A stretch of DNA of 63,419 nt, filler included, from Basidiobolus ranarum (lineage: Eukaryota), in assembly GCA_040143965.1 (NCBI GenBank). It is 53 parts of 53 records of this genome, joined end to end, with 100 filler letters (N's around TTAATTAATTAA, not from the genome) between each part and the next. Parts side by side here need not be neighbours in the genome. Positions count along the whole stretch, not along the records: positions 62,326 to 63,419 come from JASJQH010013346.1; 52 more parts are not named here. One strand, given 5' to 3'. The notes below the pieces were generated by a model. That model did no database searches, was not told the origin of the DNA, and was given only the letters and a program-made list of their open reading frames with translations. The translations under genes were made by a program, and so were the position numbers. Shown one piece after another: positions 62,808 to 63,419 of the stretch; the first letter of the stretch is position 1, and each line of letters begins with the position of its first letter.

Positions 62808-63419
62808 ATGTCAAAGGAGATTCTTCCTGATTCACAACCTATTTTGGTACAGGAAACAACCACTTCCAAAATTTCATGTGTGCAGTCAAATGAAGGTGTG
62901 GGTGGCACAAAGCAGTGCGCACCTAATGATTTTACAGATGCCCAGGTATCCACTATGAATTCTTGCTTGGATATATGGGAGTTATTGATAAACTTGACAG
63001 AAGCTGGGGAAGGGGGCATTAGACAAAAGTGGAAGCAACTTTCAACTCTGCTTTGGAGAGAATACTATATCTTCATGCCTTCAGAAGTCTGCAAGAAAAT
63101 ATACAATAAGACTCATGAGGATAGAAAGCGTGAATTGAGAAATAGGAATTTTGATTTTGAGTCCGCAAAGACATGATTCCAATCACGTTTTTGCTTGTAT
63201 GGACCAGAAGCAACCGTTGCAGCCTCAACTTTAGAGACAAAAGATGTTCTAAATAGATATCTACCACTGCTCAATGAGACTTTGCAGCAACTGTTGATGG
63301 AGGTTGCAGAGTTCAAAACAACATTTCAGGACACTATGGCAAGAGTAATCAACAGAGGTGTAAAGAGAAAAGCAAGACAATTTATTGAATCAGAAGATAT
63401 TTGTGAAGGCAAATTGGAG
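62808..63419 (+). pseudogene. Myb/SANT (trihelix)-like protein with an internal stop at 63174-63176
   Basis: KWKQLSTLLWREY...EVCKKIYNK pattern; frame continues after TGA (FQSRFCLYGPEA...) into a coiled-coil-like stretch. Confidence 0.35.

Overview
This window is not contiguous DNA. It is 53 unplaced contigs of about 1.1 kb (1103 down to 1094 bp, sorted by length) joined by an artificial N44-TTAATTAATTAA-N44 linker, so only neighbourhoods inside one contig are real. The source looks like a repeat-rich early-diverging fungus (short GT-AG introns; atp9 of Mucoromycota/Zoopagomycota type; exact taxon not determinable). About 40 contigs are decayed, CpG-depleted, nested transposons: Ty1/copia, Ty3/gypsy and one abundant CACTA-type DNA transposon. 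That transposon can be tiled into a ~5 kb element with CCCTAACA termini and two divergent genes. CpG-retaining contigs carry host gene fragments: an arsenite methyltransferase, a convergent PDC/ADH pair, a subtilisin, PRE3, RAM2 and a secreted orphan. One contig has mitochondrial-type atp9 in extreme G/C-run DNA, and a second contig has the same G/C-run composition. The most notable items are an uninterrupted, intronless family-B DNA polymerase with iridovirus/Pimascovirales-like motifs (possible large DNA virus or endogenous viral element), an intronless LRR-multi-TM protein, and a gypsy family with a Tf1-type 11-nt self-priming site.
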